Notes: generated from the sequence alone by a model not told the origin. Shown: positions 36,192-45,173, counted from the stretch's first letter. The stretch: DNA of 64,000 bases from Treponema sp. (GCA_016281495.1 JAEEIU010000043.1:21504-85503); one strand, 5' to 3'. A program made the numbers and translations.

Positions 36192-37997
36192 ATGAGCAAA
36201 GAAACTATACCATTACGAAAGGATGTGCCCGCGGAATACAAGTGGGACCTTTCTTCGATTTACAAATCTGATGATGAATGGGAAGCGGACCTTAAGGCAA
36301 TTCCTGCCGCAACGGAAAAACTCGCTTCGTTTAAGGGAAGGCTTTCAGAAAGCAAGGAAGTTCTGCTTGAAGCCCTACAGGCGGATCAGGCACTGGACAT
36401 GCTTTTGGAAAACGTCTACCACTATGCAAACCTGATTAATGAATCAGACCAGAGCGACAGCAAGGCACAGGACATGGTAAACCGTGCGATGATGGCCTAC
36501 ACTCAGGCGGGTGCGGCAAGCAGCTTTTATGTCCCAGAGCTCCTTTCAATTCCTGATGACAAAATCAACACCTGGATTGAAGGCGATGAATTCAAGGACT
36601 TTAAGATTTACGTCAAAAAACTCCTCCACAGAAAACCATACGTGCTTTCAGAAAAGGAAGAAAAGCTTCTGGCACTTCAATCTGAATCGGGACAAACAGC
36701 AAGTTCAGCATTCAGCCTCTTGAATGATGTGGACATGAATTTTGGAACCGTAAAAGTTGACGGAAAAGATCTGCCGCTGACACACGGAACATGGAGCAAT
36801 TTCCTTGAAAACCAAAACCGCGAAGTACGCAAAGAAGCATACGAGAAATTCTATGCAGTATACGAAGGACACGCCAACACGCTTGCAGCACTTTATTCAG
36901 GTTCAGTTGCAAACGACGTATTCCATTCACGCGCACGTGGGTACAAATCTACTCTGGAAGCCGCACTCTATGGAAACAAGGTCCCGCAGGAAGTATACAC
37001 AAACTTAATCGAAACGGTACACAAGAACCTTGATCCGCTCCACCGCTTTTATTCACTCAGGAAAAGGGTGCTTGGAGTTGACGAGCTAAGGCATTACGAC
37101 GTCTACGTTCCGCTTGTAAAATCAGTCAAGACACACATCACCTACGAAGAATCTGTAGAAATCGTACGCAAGGCGCTGGCAGTTTTAGGAAAGGAATATA
37201 CAGACACACTGTGCAATGGACTTTTGAACGGATGGGCAGACCGCTATGAAAACAAGGGAAAGAATTCCGGAGCATTTTCTTCCGGCTGCTACAGGGGTTA
37301 TCCATACATCCTCCTGAATTACGATGACGAGACACTCCGCGACGTTTACACCATGGCACACGAGGGCGGACACTCCATGCATTCATGGTACAGCGTCCAC
37401 AATAATCCGTTCATGTGCTACGAGTACACGATTTTTGAGGCGGAAGTTGCATCCACATTCAACGAGGAACTTGTATTTGAATATCTTTTGAATGACGCAA
37501 AGGAAAAGGGCAACAAGGAACTTGTCAAATACCTTCTTTCCATGAGGGCAAACGACATTCTTGCCACCCTGCACCGTCAGACCATGTTTGCAGAGTTTGA
37601 ACTCAAGACCCACCAGAATGTTGAACAGGGCATTCCGCTTACAACCGACAGCATCCGTTCAATTTACCGTGAGCTTCTTGAACTTTACTTTGGACCTGAA
37701 ATGCATTTTGAAAAATCCAGCGACATGGAAGGACTGCGCATCCCGCACTTCTACAATGCATTCTACGTCTACAAGTATGCCACGGGAATTTCTGCATCCC
37801 TTGCACTTGCCAAACGTGTTACCACTGGCGGCGAAAAGGAAAGGGACGATTACTTTAAGTTCCTGAAGAGCGGAGGTTCACGCTACCCGATTGAAAGCCT
37901 CAAGGTTGCGGGTGTGGACATGACAAGCACGGAACCAGTACAGGCTGCACTTGATACATTCGCGTCTCTTGTGGATCAGCTTGAAAAAGAACTGTAA
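36192..37997 (+). CDS. pepF: Oligoendopeptidase F (M3B)
   Basis: 601 aa with the zinc motif HEGGHSMH and the downstream E of the M3 family. Typical PepF length. Confidence 0.85.
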   Translation: MSKETIPLRKDVPAEYKWDLSSIYKSDDEWEADLKAIPAATEKLASFKGRLSESKEVLLEALQADQALDMLLENVYHYANLINESDQSDSKAQDMVNRAMMAYTQAGAASSFYVPELLSIPDDKINTWIEGDEFKDFKIYVKKLLHRKPYVLSEKEEKLLALQSESGQTASSAFSLLNDVDMNFGTVKVDGKDLPLTHGTWSNFLENQNREVRKEAYEKFYAVYEGHANTLAALYSGSVANDVFHSRARGYKSTLEAALYGNKVPQEVYTNLIETVHKNLDPLHRFYSLRKRVLGVDELRHYDVYVPLVKSVKTHITYEESVEIVRKALAVLGKEYTDTLCNGLLNGWADRYENKGKNSGAFSSGCYRGYPYILLNYDDETLRDVYTMAHEGGHSMHSWYSVHNNPFMCYEYTIFEAEVASTFNEELVFEYLLNDAKEKGNKELVKYLLSMRANDILATLHRQTMFAEFELKTHQNVEQGIPLTTDSIRSIYRELLELYFGPEMHFEKSSDMEGLRIPHFYNAFYVYKYATGISASLALAKRVTTGGEKERDDYFKFLKSGGSRYPIESLKVAGVDMTSTEPVQAALDTFASLVDQLEKEL

Positions 37998-38006
37998 TTC
38001 ATTCAA

Positions 38007-40079
38007 CTAGTGAAGGTATACCATCAGGAGCATTATGTCACTGTTCCTGATTCCGCTTATTCTTGATGCCTGGCCAAGGGTAAGCGGACGTACCTTTTCC
38101 AATTTGCCACGGCTTTCAGCACTCAATGCAACAACCTTGCCGTAATCAAAATTGGCGGGGATTTTTGCATTTTCCATGCGGTGAAGTTTTGCGACACGGG
38201 CATCCTGCTTTTCTATGTAATAGCGGTACTTGAAGTCTTCCTGAGCGAGAGTCCATTCAAGAGCAGTAAAGTCACCCGGGTTTTCCGCATTCGGATGTGA
38301 ATCAAGATATTTCATCGCAGCATCAACTGCCTCATATTTTTTTTCAAGGGCTTCCATCTGGGCCTGTGTTATCAAACCAACCTTATATCCCTTTTCCCTC
38401 AAGCGTCTGTCGCAGGTATCATGTCGCAGCTTTAAGCGGTATTCTGCACGAGCCGTAAACATCCTGTAGGGTTCCTTTGTTCCAAGCGTTACAAGATCGT
38501 CGATTAAAACTCCGATGTATGCCTCGTCACGACCAAGAATCAGAGGTTCATATTCCGGAATCTTATTGAATGTATCATATCCGGCGCTTGCCATTTGGTT
38601 TTCGATTTTCTTTGACAGGGCCAAGGTTTCCCTTTCAGATATTTCCGCAAAGAGCTTTAAGTCTGCGTCATCCATCCTCATCTTAGCCTGAAAATGTCCC
38701 GGCTCACATGTAGAAGGAGAAGCCCCCAAACTTGAATCTGAATTACACAAGGGACCGCAGAGGGAAATGTGGCTTCTTGCATAGAGGCCTGCATTGATTC
38801 CCGCAACAAGTCCCTGCCCCGCCGCTTCTTCATATCCGGAGGTACCGTTTATCTGCCCCGCATTAAAAAGCCCCGCAACCCTCTTTGTCTCAAGGGATGG
38901 GAAAAGCTGGGTCGGCTCAACATAATCGTATTCAACCGCATAACCCGGGCGGCTTACAGTACAGGTTTCAAATCCAGTCATCGTGCGAAGGAATGCATCC
39001 TGAACTTCTTCCGGCAGAGATGATGACAAACCGTTAAGGTAAATCTCGTCAGTTTCAAGTCCCTCCGGCTCAACAAAAATCTGATGCCTCTCCCTTTCCG
39101 GAAAACGCATTACCTTGTCTTCGATGGAAGGGCAATACCGAGGACCCACTCCATGAATCTTTCCCGAGTACAGCGGAGAACGAGAAATGTTGTTCCTGAT
39201 TATTTCGTGCGTACGCTCGTTCGTGTAGACCATGTGGCATGGAACCATGGGGCGTTCAACTTTTTCGTCATCAAAACTGAATGGAATTACTTCTTCATCC
39301 CCGTCCTGAATTTCAAGCTGGGAAAAATCAACAGTGTGTCTGAGTATTCTTGGTGGAGTTCCAGTCTTTAACCTGCCCGTAGTAAAGCCAAGACGGTTCA
39401 GGCTTTCGGTAAGACCAAACGCACCCGCTTCCCCCAGACGGCCACAAGGAGCATCGTATTCGCCGATAAAAATGCGTCCACCCAAAAATGTGCCCGTGGT
39501 CAATACAATTGAACGCACAGGTATGATTCGTCCGCGTTCTGTTACAAGGCCGATGACCTTCTGCCTCATTGAACTTTTTGATGCGGCCGTTGCATATTTG
39601 TAAGTTGAATCAATCCTTTTTTCCCCGGGTATGCTTCCGACTTCTGCCTGCGGTTCCGAATTTTGCGGCAATGGAGTTGAAGAAGATGTTGTAAGTATGT
39701 CGACGACCGTATCCATAAGAGTGCTAAGGTTTTCTGTGGTTTCAACGGTTTTACGTGCAAGCTGTGAATACAAAACCTTGTCCGCCTGAGAACGTGGTGC
39801 CTGTACCGCCGGTCCCCTGCTCCTGTTAAGAAGCCTGTACTGAATCATTGAACGGTCAATCAGCTTTGCCATGGTTCCGCCAAGGGCATCAATCTCACGG
39901 ACAATGTTTCCCTTTGCGATTCCACCGATGGAAGGATTACAGCTCATTCTTGCAACCGCATCCAGAGACTGTGTAATCAAAACTGTCTTTAAGCCCATGC
40001 GCGCACAGGCAAGAGCTGCCTCTATTCCCGCATGCCCCGCCCCAACAACGGCGACATCAAATGATTCATAAAACGACAT
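38007..40079 (-). CDS. mnmG: tRNA uridine 5-carboxymethylaminomethyl modification enzyme MnmG (GidA) with two insertions
   Basis: FDVAVVGAGHAGIEAA, SCNPSIGG, GPRYCPSIEDK and TKEPYRMFTARAEYRL. 690 aa, against about 620-630 aa usually. Confidence 0.9.
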   Translation of the reverse strand: MSFYESFDVAVVGAGHAGIEAALACARMGLKTVLITQSLDAVARMSCNPSIGGIAKGNIVREIDALGGTMAKLIDRSMIQYRLLNRSRGPAVQAPRSQADKVLYSQLARKTVETTENLSTLMDTVVDILTTSSSTPLPQNSEPQAEVGSIPGEKRIDSTYKYATAASKSSMRQKVIGLVTERGRIIPVRSIVLTTGTFLGGRIFIGEYDAPCGRLGEAGAFGLTESLNRLGFTTGRLKTGTPPRILRHTVDFSQLEIQDGDEEVIPFSFDDEKVERPMVPCHMVYTNERTHEIIRNNISRSPLYSGKIHGVGPRYCPSIEDKVMRFPERERHQIFVEPEGLETDEIYLNGLSSSLPEEVQDAFLRTMTGFETCTVSRPGYAVEYDYVEPTQLFPSLETKRVAGLFNAGQINGTSGYEEAAGQGLVAGINAGLYARSHISLCGPLCNSDSSLGASPSTCEPGHFQAKMRMDDADLKLFAEISERETLALSKKIENQMASAGYDTFNKIPEYEPLILGRDEAYIGVLIDDLVTLGTKEPYRMFTARAEYRLKLRHDTCDRRLREKGYKVGLITQAQMEALEKKYEAVDAAMKYLDSHPNAENPGDFTALEWTLAQEDFKYRYYIEKQDARVAKLHRMENAKIPANFDYGKVVALSAESRGKLEKVRPLTLGQASRISGIRNSDIMLLMVYLH

Positions 40080-40085
40080 GAGCAG

Positions 40086-40114
40086 AGTATAGCGGATTTT
40101 GTGGATAAATTCAA
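40086..40114 (-). promoter_or_regulatory. mnmG promoter TTGAAT-N17-TATACT, ATG 6 nt after the -10
   Basis: On the minus strand, TTGAAT is at 40114-40109 and TATACT at 40091-40086, followed by ctgctc and the ATG at 40079. No SD. Confidence 0.5.
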
Positions 40115-40179
40115 TTATGCGACTTTTTGCAGAATCCTATGCCTTAAAATCAATTTCAGTTTTATGAAGATTATTTCCT

Positions 40180-40217
40180 CCCCCCCCAATTGATTTTTTT
40201 GTGCTTTTGTATATACT
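40180..40217 (+). promoter_or_regulatory. C8 homopolymer tract abutting a TTGATT-N16-TATACT promoter of the ECF S-component gene
   Basis: C run at 40180-40187, TTGATT at 40190-40195, TATACT at 40212-40217. Confidence 0.45.
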
Positions 40218-40254
40218 AGAGGCACTTTCAAATCATCTTTTTTAGAGGCATAAA

Positions 40255-40923
40255 ATGAATAATGCAAAACCAAAGGTCAATCGTTCGCTCAACTACAAGA
40301 TTGCTGTAACGGGCATATTCGGGGCGCTTTCGCTTGTCCTTATGTTTACTCATCTTGGATACATTTCTATCGGCGGCTTTATTGCCATTACAATCATGCA
40401 CATTCCTGCAATTCTTGCAACGATTCTTGCGGGACTTATTCCGGGTCTTGGTGTTGCACTCATCTTTGGCGTAACAAGTTTGATTCAGGCTGTAATTTCC
40501 GGGGGCGGCTCTAACCCATTCTTCCTGAATCCAATGGTTTCCATCGTACCGCGCCTTATGATTCCGGTGGTCACTTTCCTCATCAACAAACTTTTCAACG
40601 CAATTCCTAAAATGCCACGCGTCATCAGCGGAACAATTGCATCTGCATTCGGGACGCTTACAAACACGGTCTGCGTAATGGGTGCCATCTACATCTTCTA
40701 TGCAAATGATCTGATTGTCGGAATGACTGAAACTCTTTCTAAAATGGGATTTGCAGTAGAAGGCCTTTCGGGCGTCAAAGGATATCTCGTAATTCTTGGT
40801 GCAACCCTTCTTACAAACGGCCTCTGGGAAATCGTGGGTGCCGTAATTTTGACTGCCGCAATTCTTGGAAGCATCTATCTGGTAGAAAACAAAAAATCAA
40901 AACTCAGCAAAATGGACCGCTAG
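40255..40923 (+). CDS. ECF-transporter S component-like membrane protein
   Basis: 222 aa with about 6 TM helices and Gly-rich TM segments typical of ECF substrate-capture subunits. Substrate unknown. Confidence 0.6.
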   Translation: MNNAKPKVNRSLNYKIAVTGIFGALSLVLMFTHLGYISIGGFIAITIMHIPAILATILAGLIPGLGVALIFGVTSLIQAVISGGGSNPFFLNPMVSIVPRLMIPVVTFLINKLFNAIPKMPRVISGTIASAFGTLTNTVCVMGAIYIFYANDLIVGMTETLSKMGFAVEGLSGVKGYLVILGATLLTNGLWEIVGAVILTAAILGSIYLVENKKSKLSKMDR

Positions 40924-41022
40924 ATTCACTTACTGCCACATGGATTAAATGCAAAATACCCATTTACCAAACATTTGATTATTACAAATCCATGTGGTCT
41001 TCTGAATTATTCACTTCTAACC

Positions 41023-41051
41023 TTGACACTTAGTTATTCCGGTTATACAAT
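41023..41051 (+). promoter_or_regulatory. Sigma70-type promoter of xylanase gene (TTGACA-N17-TACAAT)
   Basis: TTGACA at 41023-41028 and TACAAT at 41046-41051. Confidence 0.55.
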
Positions 41052-41080
41052 AAAATATGTGCATCACAAAAGGAGTTAGT

Positions 41081-42097
41081 ATGAAAAAGATCTTATTATC
41101 GGTCTTGGCCTGCGCAGTTTTATTTGGACTTGCCGCATGTAAAGAAAAAACAATCCCGGAATTGGCAGCAAAACACAATCTGGAAATCGGAACAGCCGTT
41201 GGAAATGATTTTTATTCACCTGAAGGACAGGAAAGAATCAAGGATTTTTCCAGCGTAATCGTTGCTGAAAACGCAATGAAATGGGCCAACCTGCGTCCAA
41301 ATCAAAGATTCTGGAACTGGAATGACGTAGACAAAATGGTTGAGTTCGGACAGGAAAACAAAATCACCATCAAATTCCACACCCTCTTCTGGCACAATCA
41401 GAATTCCTCTTTCTTGAGCTCGATGAAGACAAAAGAAGATGCCACAGCCATGATGGATGACCATATCAAAACAATCTTGGAACGCTACAAGGGAAAGATT
41501 GCATATTACGATGTCGTAAACGAAATGTTCGAGGAAGACGGTTCTTTCCGCAAGACAATATGGTACAACCTGATGGGAGAAGATTACATCGCTCATGCCT
41601 TAAAGACAGCAAGGGCGGCGGATCCTGATGCAAAGCTATATTTGAATGAATACAACAACGAAAATCTTGGAAACGCAAAAGCTGACGCAATGTTCAACCT
41701 TGTAAAGAAATTTGTTGACGAAGGAGTTCCAATTGACGGAGTTGGAATGCAGCTTCATCTTGCAACAGACCTTCCATTTGACAAGGAAGCGATTCGTGCA
41801 AATGTAAAGCGCTATGCCGATATCGGTATTGACGTTTCATTTAGTGAAGTTGACGTAAGGATGCCGGACAGAAAGGCAAAGGATGAAAGTGAAATCAAAA
41901 AGCAGACGGAAATCTACACCGCCCTTATTGACATTGCAAAGACAGAGCCTAATGTCAAAACCTTTATCGTTTGGGGTCTTAGCGACAGGGATACATGGGT
42001 GCCGGGAACATTCCCAGGCTATGGAAACCCCTGCATTTACGACAACACCTATACAAAAAAGCCTCTTTACCAGGCAATCAAAGACACACTCAAATAA
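41081..42097 (+). CDS. Endo-1,4-beta-xylanase, glycoside hydrolase family 10, lipoprotein
   Basis: Lipobox LAAC after MKKILLSVLACAVLFG. GH10 motifs ENAMKW, YDVVNE (acid/base Glu) and SEVDV (nucleophile Glu). SD aaaggag precedes the ATG at 41081. Confidence 0.85.
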   Translation: MKKILLSVLACAVLFGLAACKEKTIPELAAKHNLEIGTAVGNDFYSPEGQERIKDFSSVIVAENAMKWANLRPNQRFWNWNDVDKMVEFGQENKITIKFHTLFWHNQNSSFLSSMKTKEDATAMMDDHIKTILERYKGKIAYYDVVNEMFEEDGSFRKTIWYNLMGEDYIAHALKTARAADPDAKLYLNEYNNENLGNAKADAMFNLVKKFVDEGVPIDGVGMQLHLATDLPFDKEAIRANVKRYADIGIDVSFSEVDVRMPDRKAKDESEIKKQTEIYTALIDIAKTEPNVKTFIVWGLSDRDTWVPGTFPGYGNPCIYDNTYTKKPLYQAIKDTLK

Positions 42098-42105
42098 AAA
42101 CCATT

Positions 42106-42310
42106 GTCATGCTGAACGCCTGCCTACAGACGGGTGATTCAGCATCCTGCCATTCAACATCAAGATTCCGGATCGAGTCCGGAATGACCCTCACTGTCAT
42201 GCTGAACTTGATTCAGCATCTTTCTATGTAATGTTAAGATTCCGGATCAAGTCCGGAATGACTTTCACTGTCATGCTGAACTTGATTCAGCATCTTTCTG
42301 TGTAATGTCA
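42106..42310. repeat. Five CTTGA-loop hairpin modules, including a 74-bp tandem duplication
   Basis: Modules at 42106-42147, 42163-42188 (minus), 42196-42221, 42237-42262 (minus) and 42270-42295. The period between like modules is 74 bp. Confidence 0.9.
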
Positions 42311-42333
42311 TTTACTATCTATCGCTTTAAAAT

Positions 42334-42360
42334 AAAAAAACTCTCTGCTTCCAGAGAGTC
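42334..42360 (-). terminator. Intrinsic terminator following the GC-rich island
   Basis: On the minus strand, gactctctg-gaag-cagagag followed by T7. The flank TTTTTTATTTTAAAG is shared with the tRNA terminator. Confidence 0.65.
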
Positions 42361-42365
42361 ATGTA

Positions 42366-42500
42366 CGCCCCCTGCTGGGTTTGCCCTCCATTGCCAATCC
42401 TCCTGTTTGTCAATTCCGGGCCGGCTACTGTCGCTGTCGCCGCCCTCCATGGCGGCTTTTCCTCCCACCTGGTCGGCGCGACATCCGCTTCAAACCCAGC
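42366..42500 (-). other. GC-rich island of about 135 nt closed by a 10-bp long-range helix; 3-prime 18 nt identical to the tRNA-Asn 3-prime end (candidate sRNA or att-site remnant)
   Basis: 42366-42383 is identical to 42565-42582 (cgccccctgctgggtttg). On the minus strand, GCTGGGTTTG (42500-42491) pairs with CAAACCCAGC (42383-42374). Internal hairpin GCCGCC-AUGGAG-GGCGGC, with its own terminator downstream. Confidence 0.3.
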
Positions 42501-42533
42501 GTTTTGTTGTCTTTCTGTTCATTCCTTTAAAAT

Positions 42534-42560
42534 AAAAAAGCCCAATCTTTCGATTGGGTT
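42534..42560 (-). terminator. Intrinsic terminator of tRNA-Asn
   Basis: On the minus strand, cccaatc-gaaa-gattggg followed by cTTTTTT. Confidence 0.7.
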
Positions 42561-42564
42561 TATT

Positions 42565-42637
42565 CGCCCCCTGCTGGGTTTGAACCAGCGACACACGGAT
42601 TAACAGTCCGTTGCTCTACCACCTGAGCTAAGGGAGC
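42565..42637 (-). tRNA. tRNA-Asn (anticodon GTT)
   Basis: On the minus strand, GCTCCCTTAGCTCAGGTGGTAGAGCAACGGACTGTTAATCCGTGTGTCGCTGGTTCAAACCCAGCAGGGGGCG folds as a cloverleaf. Acceptor stem is 7 bp with one G-U, D stem GCTC/GAGC, anticodon loop CTGTTAA, T arm GCTGG/CCAGC. No CCA is encoded. Confidence 0.9.
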
Positions 42638-42654
42638 ATCAAGTGAATGTATAT

Positions 42655-42683
42655 ATACTATAGAAAAACTGAAAAAATGTCAA
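42655..42683 (-). promoter_or_regulatory. Putative tRNA-Asn promoter (TTGACA-N17-TAGTAT)
   Basis: On the minus strand, TTGACA is at 42683-42678 and TAGTAT at 42660-42655, about 18 nt upstream of the mature 5-prime end. Confidence 0.45.
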
Positions 42684-42779
42684 TAGCTTTTGTTCAAATG
42701 TGAGGAAGGATCCGCACCTTGTATGGGGGGCTGTAACTTGGTATAATCTTTGTATGTTATAATGTCATAGGGGGATGGG

Positions 42780-43943
42780 ATGAAACGTATTGGGATTTTA
42801 TTTCTTTGCTTGCTGGGGACCTTTAACATTTGGGCGGCCTCGCCTGAGCTCAAGAACATGCTTCCGTTGAATTATGCTAAACTCAACAGGCTTTCTGACT
42901 CACAAACGGAAGAACTTGTTCAGGACTGTACTGCTTTACTTGAAAACTCCAAAAAAACTTTTAATCTTGGGACCGATTTTTCTTATTATACCGCATACAC
43001 GCAGCGTGTTGGTGACAGGCTTTTTTACCGCGTGTTTGTTACTTCCAGCGAGCTTGGACTTAGCGGCCAATGGAAAGTGGAAGACTGCCAGCTGTCTGAA
43101 TCCGAATACTATTGGCTTTCCTCTCCTGTCAATTCTATCCTTCAGGTTATACTTGAAAAAAAAGGAAAGGACTATTCTTACATTGCGGCGGATGTTTTTG
43201 GGCAATGGCAGAATCTGGGGCTGAACGGACTTAACGTATACTATTCTGATTTTCTTTTGTTCAGTGCAAATGATGATGTTGCCGTGATTCATGGCACTTT
43301 CTCCCTTCCTGTTGCAATCGGCATGATGAAGGATGGCCTTACGAAAATCAGCCCACGCACACGGAACGGTCATTACTATGCAAAACAAAGCGCACAATAT
43401 ACCCAGATAAACGCTAACGGCGGGTCCAATGTTTTTTCCAATGACAAATTCATTCTGACCATATCTGCATCCGATTTCCTTGTTGATTCAAATGTTCCAC
43501 TGCGACATTCGATTCTTTCTGCATTCGACGGGGACCCGAACACATGCTACAGGGAAAATGCGGAGGAAAATTTCATTACGCTTGCGTTCAGCTTTAAGAC
43601 GGACACTGCATGGACCAAGAAAAACGGCAAACTCAGGATTAAAGAGGCCCTTATAATAAACGGAGACGCATCTTCAAGGAATGCATATTTCGGATCAAAC
43701 AGGATTGCGGCCCTTACTGCAGAGGCAAGCGAGAACAGTAATTCAGCACGAAAGGAAACATATACCTTCACACTGAATGACTACCAGTTTGGATCACAGA
43801 GCGTATTTCTTCCGTTTACAGAGGGGAAAAATTATTACGTCATCAACACCACCAAGATTTACAAGGCAGATGCTGATGACGCATGTATGAGTGAATTCAA
43901 CCTTAAGACTCAAAACATCGGCTGGCTGTTTGCAGGAAAATGA
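42780..43943 (+). CDS. Secreted hypothetical protein with C-terminal discoidin (F5/8 type C)-like region
   Basis: Signal peptide MKRIGILFLCLLGTFNIWA. SAFDGDPNTCY resembles the AFDGD..T.W motif of galactose-binding-like domains. Confidence 0.5.
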   Translation: MKRIGILFLCLLGTFNIWAASPELKNMLPLNYAKLNRLSDSQTEELVQDCTALLENSKKTFNLGTDFSYYTAYTQRVGDRLFYRVFVTSSELGLSGQWKVEDCQLSESEYYWLSSPVNSILQVILEKKGKDYSYIAADVFGQWQNLGLNGLNVYYSDFLLFSANDDVAVIHGTFSLPVAIGMMKDGLTKISPRTRNGHYYAKQSAQYTQINANGGSNVFSNDKFILTISASDFLVDSNVPLRHSILSAFDGDPNTCYRENAEENFITLAFSFKTDTAWTKKNGKLRIKEALIINGDASSRNAYFGSNRIAALTAEASENSNSARKETYTFTLNDYQFGSQSVFLPFTEGKNYYVINTTKIYKADADDACMSEFNLKTQNIGWLFAGK

Positions 43944-43962
43944 ATCCTGTCAGTCTGATATT

Positions 43963-45078
43963 CTAGTCCTCAAAGCGGGTCATTTCCTTGTTGCCCTTGA
44001 ACTCTCCCTTGATTACTTTGTCGGTATGTCCAACGTGACCGATCTCGTAGGCAACCATGTCGGGGATTCCGGCCTTGTGGTATTTCTTTGCATTCTTGTT
44101 GAACATCTTAAGAACCTCTGGGGCATCCTTTTTGCTTACGGCAAGCACAAAACCGATTCCCATGTTGAATGTAGAATACACGTTCTTTGGGTCTGCGCCA
44201 CGACGGATAAGCTCATCATAAATTGAAGGAACCTTCCAGCTGTTCTTTTTGATTACCGCAACAAGCTGCTTTTTGCCTTCTTTTGCGTGTGGGAACATGC
44301 GGGGAACATTCTCGTAGAATCCGCCGCCTGTGATGTGTACCATTCCGTGAACTGAAGAGCGGTATTTCTTGAGCACTTCCATGACAGGCTTTACATAAAT
44401 GCGTGTTGGTGTAAGAAGAACCTCACCGATTGATTTGTTTGTTTTCTTTCCGTTTTCGATGAACGGGTCCTTGAAATTCTTTACGAGCTTACGGATAAGT
44501 GAAAAACCGTTTGAATGAACTCCTGTAGAAGAAAGGCCAATCAGAACGTCTCCTTCCTTGATTTTGCTTCCGTCGATGATGTCTGACTTTTCTACAATTC
44601 CAACACCGAATCCCGCAAGGTCATATTTACCTTCGTCATAGAATCCGGGCATTTCGGCAGTTTCTCCGCCAAGAAGGGCACATCCGCTTTCCACACATCC
44701 GTCGGTAACCCCCTTTACAAGTTCACCCGCAACCTTTGAATCCAGCTTTCCGCATGCAATGTAGTCAAGGAAAAATGCCGTCTGAACTCCGGAGCAGAGA
44801 ATGTCGTTTACGCTCATGGCAACACAGTCGATTCCAACAGTATCATAGATGCCCAGCTTGAAAGCAATGTCCAGCTTTGTTCCGACACCATCCGTACCGC
44901 TTACAACAACCGGATTCTTCATTCCCTTAGGAACTGCGAACATTCCATTGAATGCACCAAGGTCTGTAAGCTGACCGGGGATTCTTGCACGCTGTGACTG
45001 CTTCTTGTATTTGTCCACAGCCTTGTATCCCTCGTTCACATCAACACCGGCTTTCTTGTAATCAATAGTCTTTGCCAT
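43963..45078 (-). CDS. purM: Phosphoribosylformylglycinamidine cyclo-ligase (AIR synthetase)
   Basis: YKKAGVDVNEGY, SGTDGVGTKL, GGETAEMPG and a PurM-typical C-domain. SD aggagc before the ATG. Confidence 0.9.
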   Translation of the reverse strand: MAKTIDYKKAGVDVNEGYKAVDKYKKQSQRARIPGQLTDLGAFNGMFAVPKGMKNPVVVSGTDGVGTKLDIAFKLGIYDTVGIDCVAMSVNDILCSGVQTAFFLDYIACGKLDSKVAGELVKGVTDGCVESGCALLGGETAEMPGFYDEGKYDLAGFGVGIVEKSDIIDGSKIKEGDVLIGLSSTGVHSNGFSLIRKLVKNFKDPFIENGKKTNKSIGEVLLTPTRIYVKPVMEVLKKYRSSVHGMVHITGGGFYENVPRMFPHAKEGKKQLVAVIKKNSWKVPSIYDELIRRGADPKNVYSTFNMGIGFVLAVSKKDAPEVLKMFNKNAKKYHKAGIPDMVAYEIGHVGHTDKVIKGEFKGNKEMTRFED

Positions 45079-45173
45079 TTTCTGCTCCTGTAAAAAAGTT
45101 CACGGCTCCTGCCATGTTTTTATGGATTTAATATATCACAAATATTTTTTTTATGGAAGTTCCCTTATTTTTA

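Noticed and set aside
40934-40998. 11-bp inverted repeat ccacatggatt/aatccatgtgg downstream of the ECF S-component gene as a terminator or riboswitch
   Set aside because: The loop is about 43 nt and no T-run follows. It is a single occurrence with no recognisable riboswitch core. I noted it but could not support it as a feature.
42366-42500. SRP (4.5S) RNA, tmRNA or 6S RNA identity for the GC-rich island
   Set aside because: I could not find the universally conserved SRP domain IV motif (GGAA tetraloop with AGCA/AGG loops). There is no tRNA-Ala-like acceptor pairing or tag ORF as in tmRNA. The length and shape do not fit 6S. The ACCAGGU match to E. coli 4.5S RNA is too short to count.
42305-42603. 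ORFs 42305..42535 and 42361..42603 (plus strand) across the tRNA region
   Set aside because: They overlap the tRNA-Asn gene and two terminators on the opposite strand. Their products are Pro/Ser/Cys-rich, with no SD.
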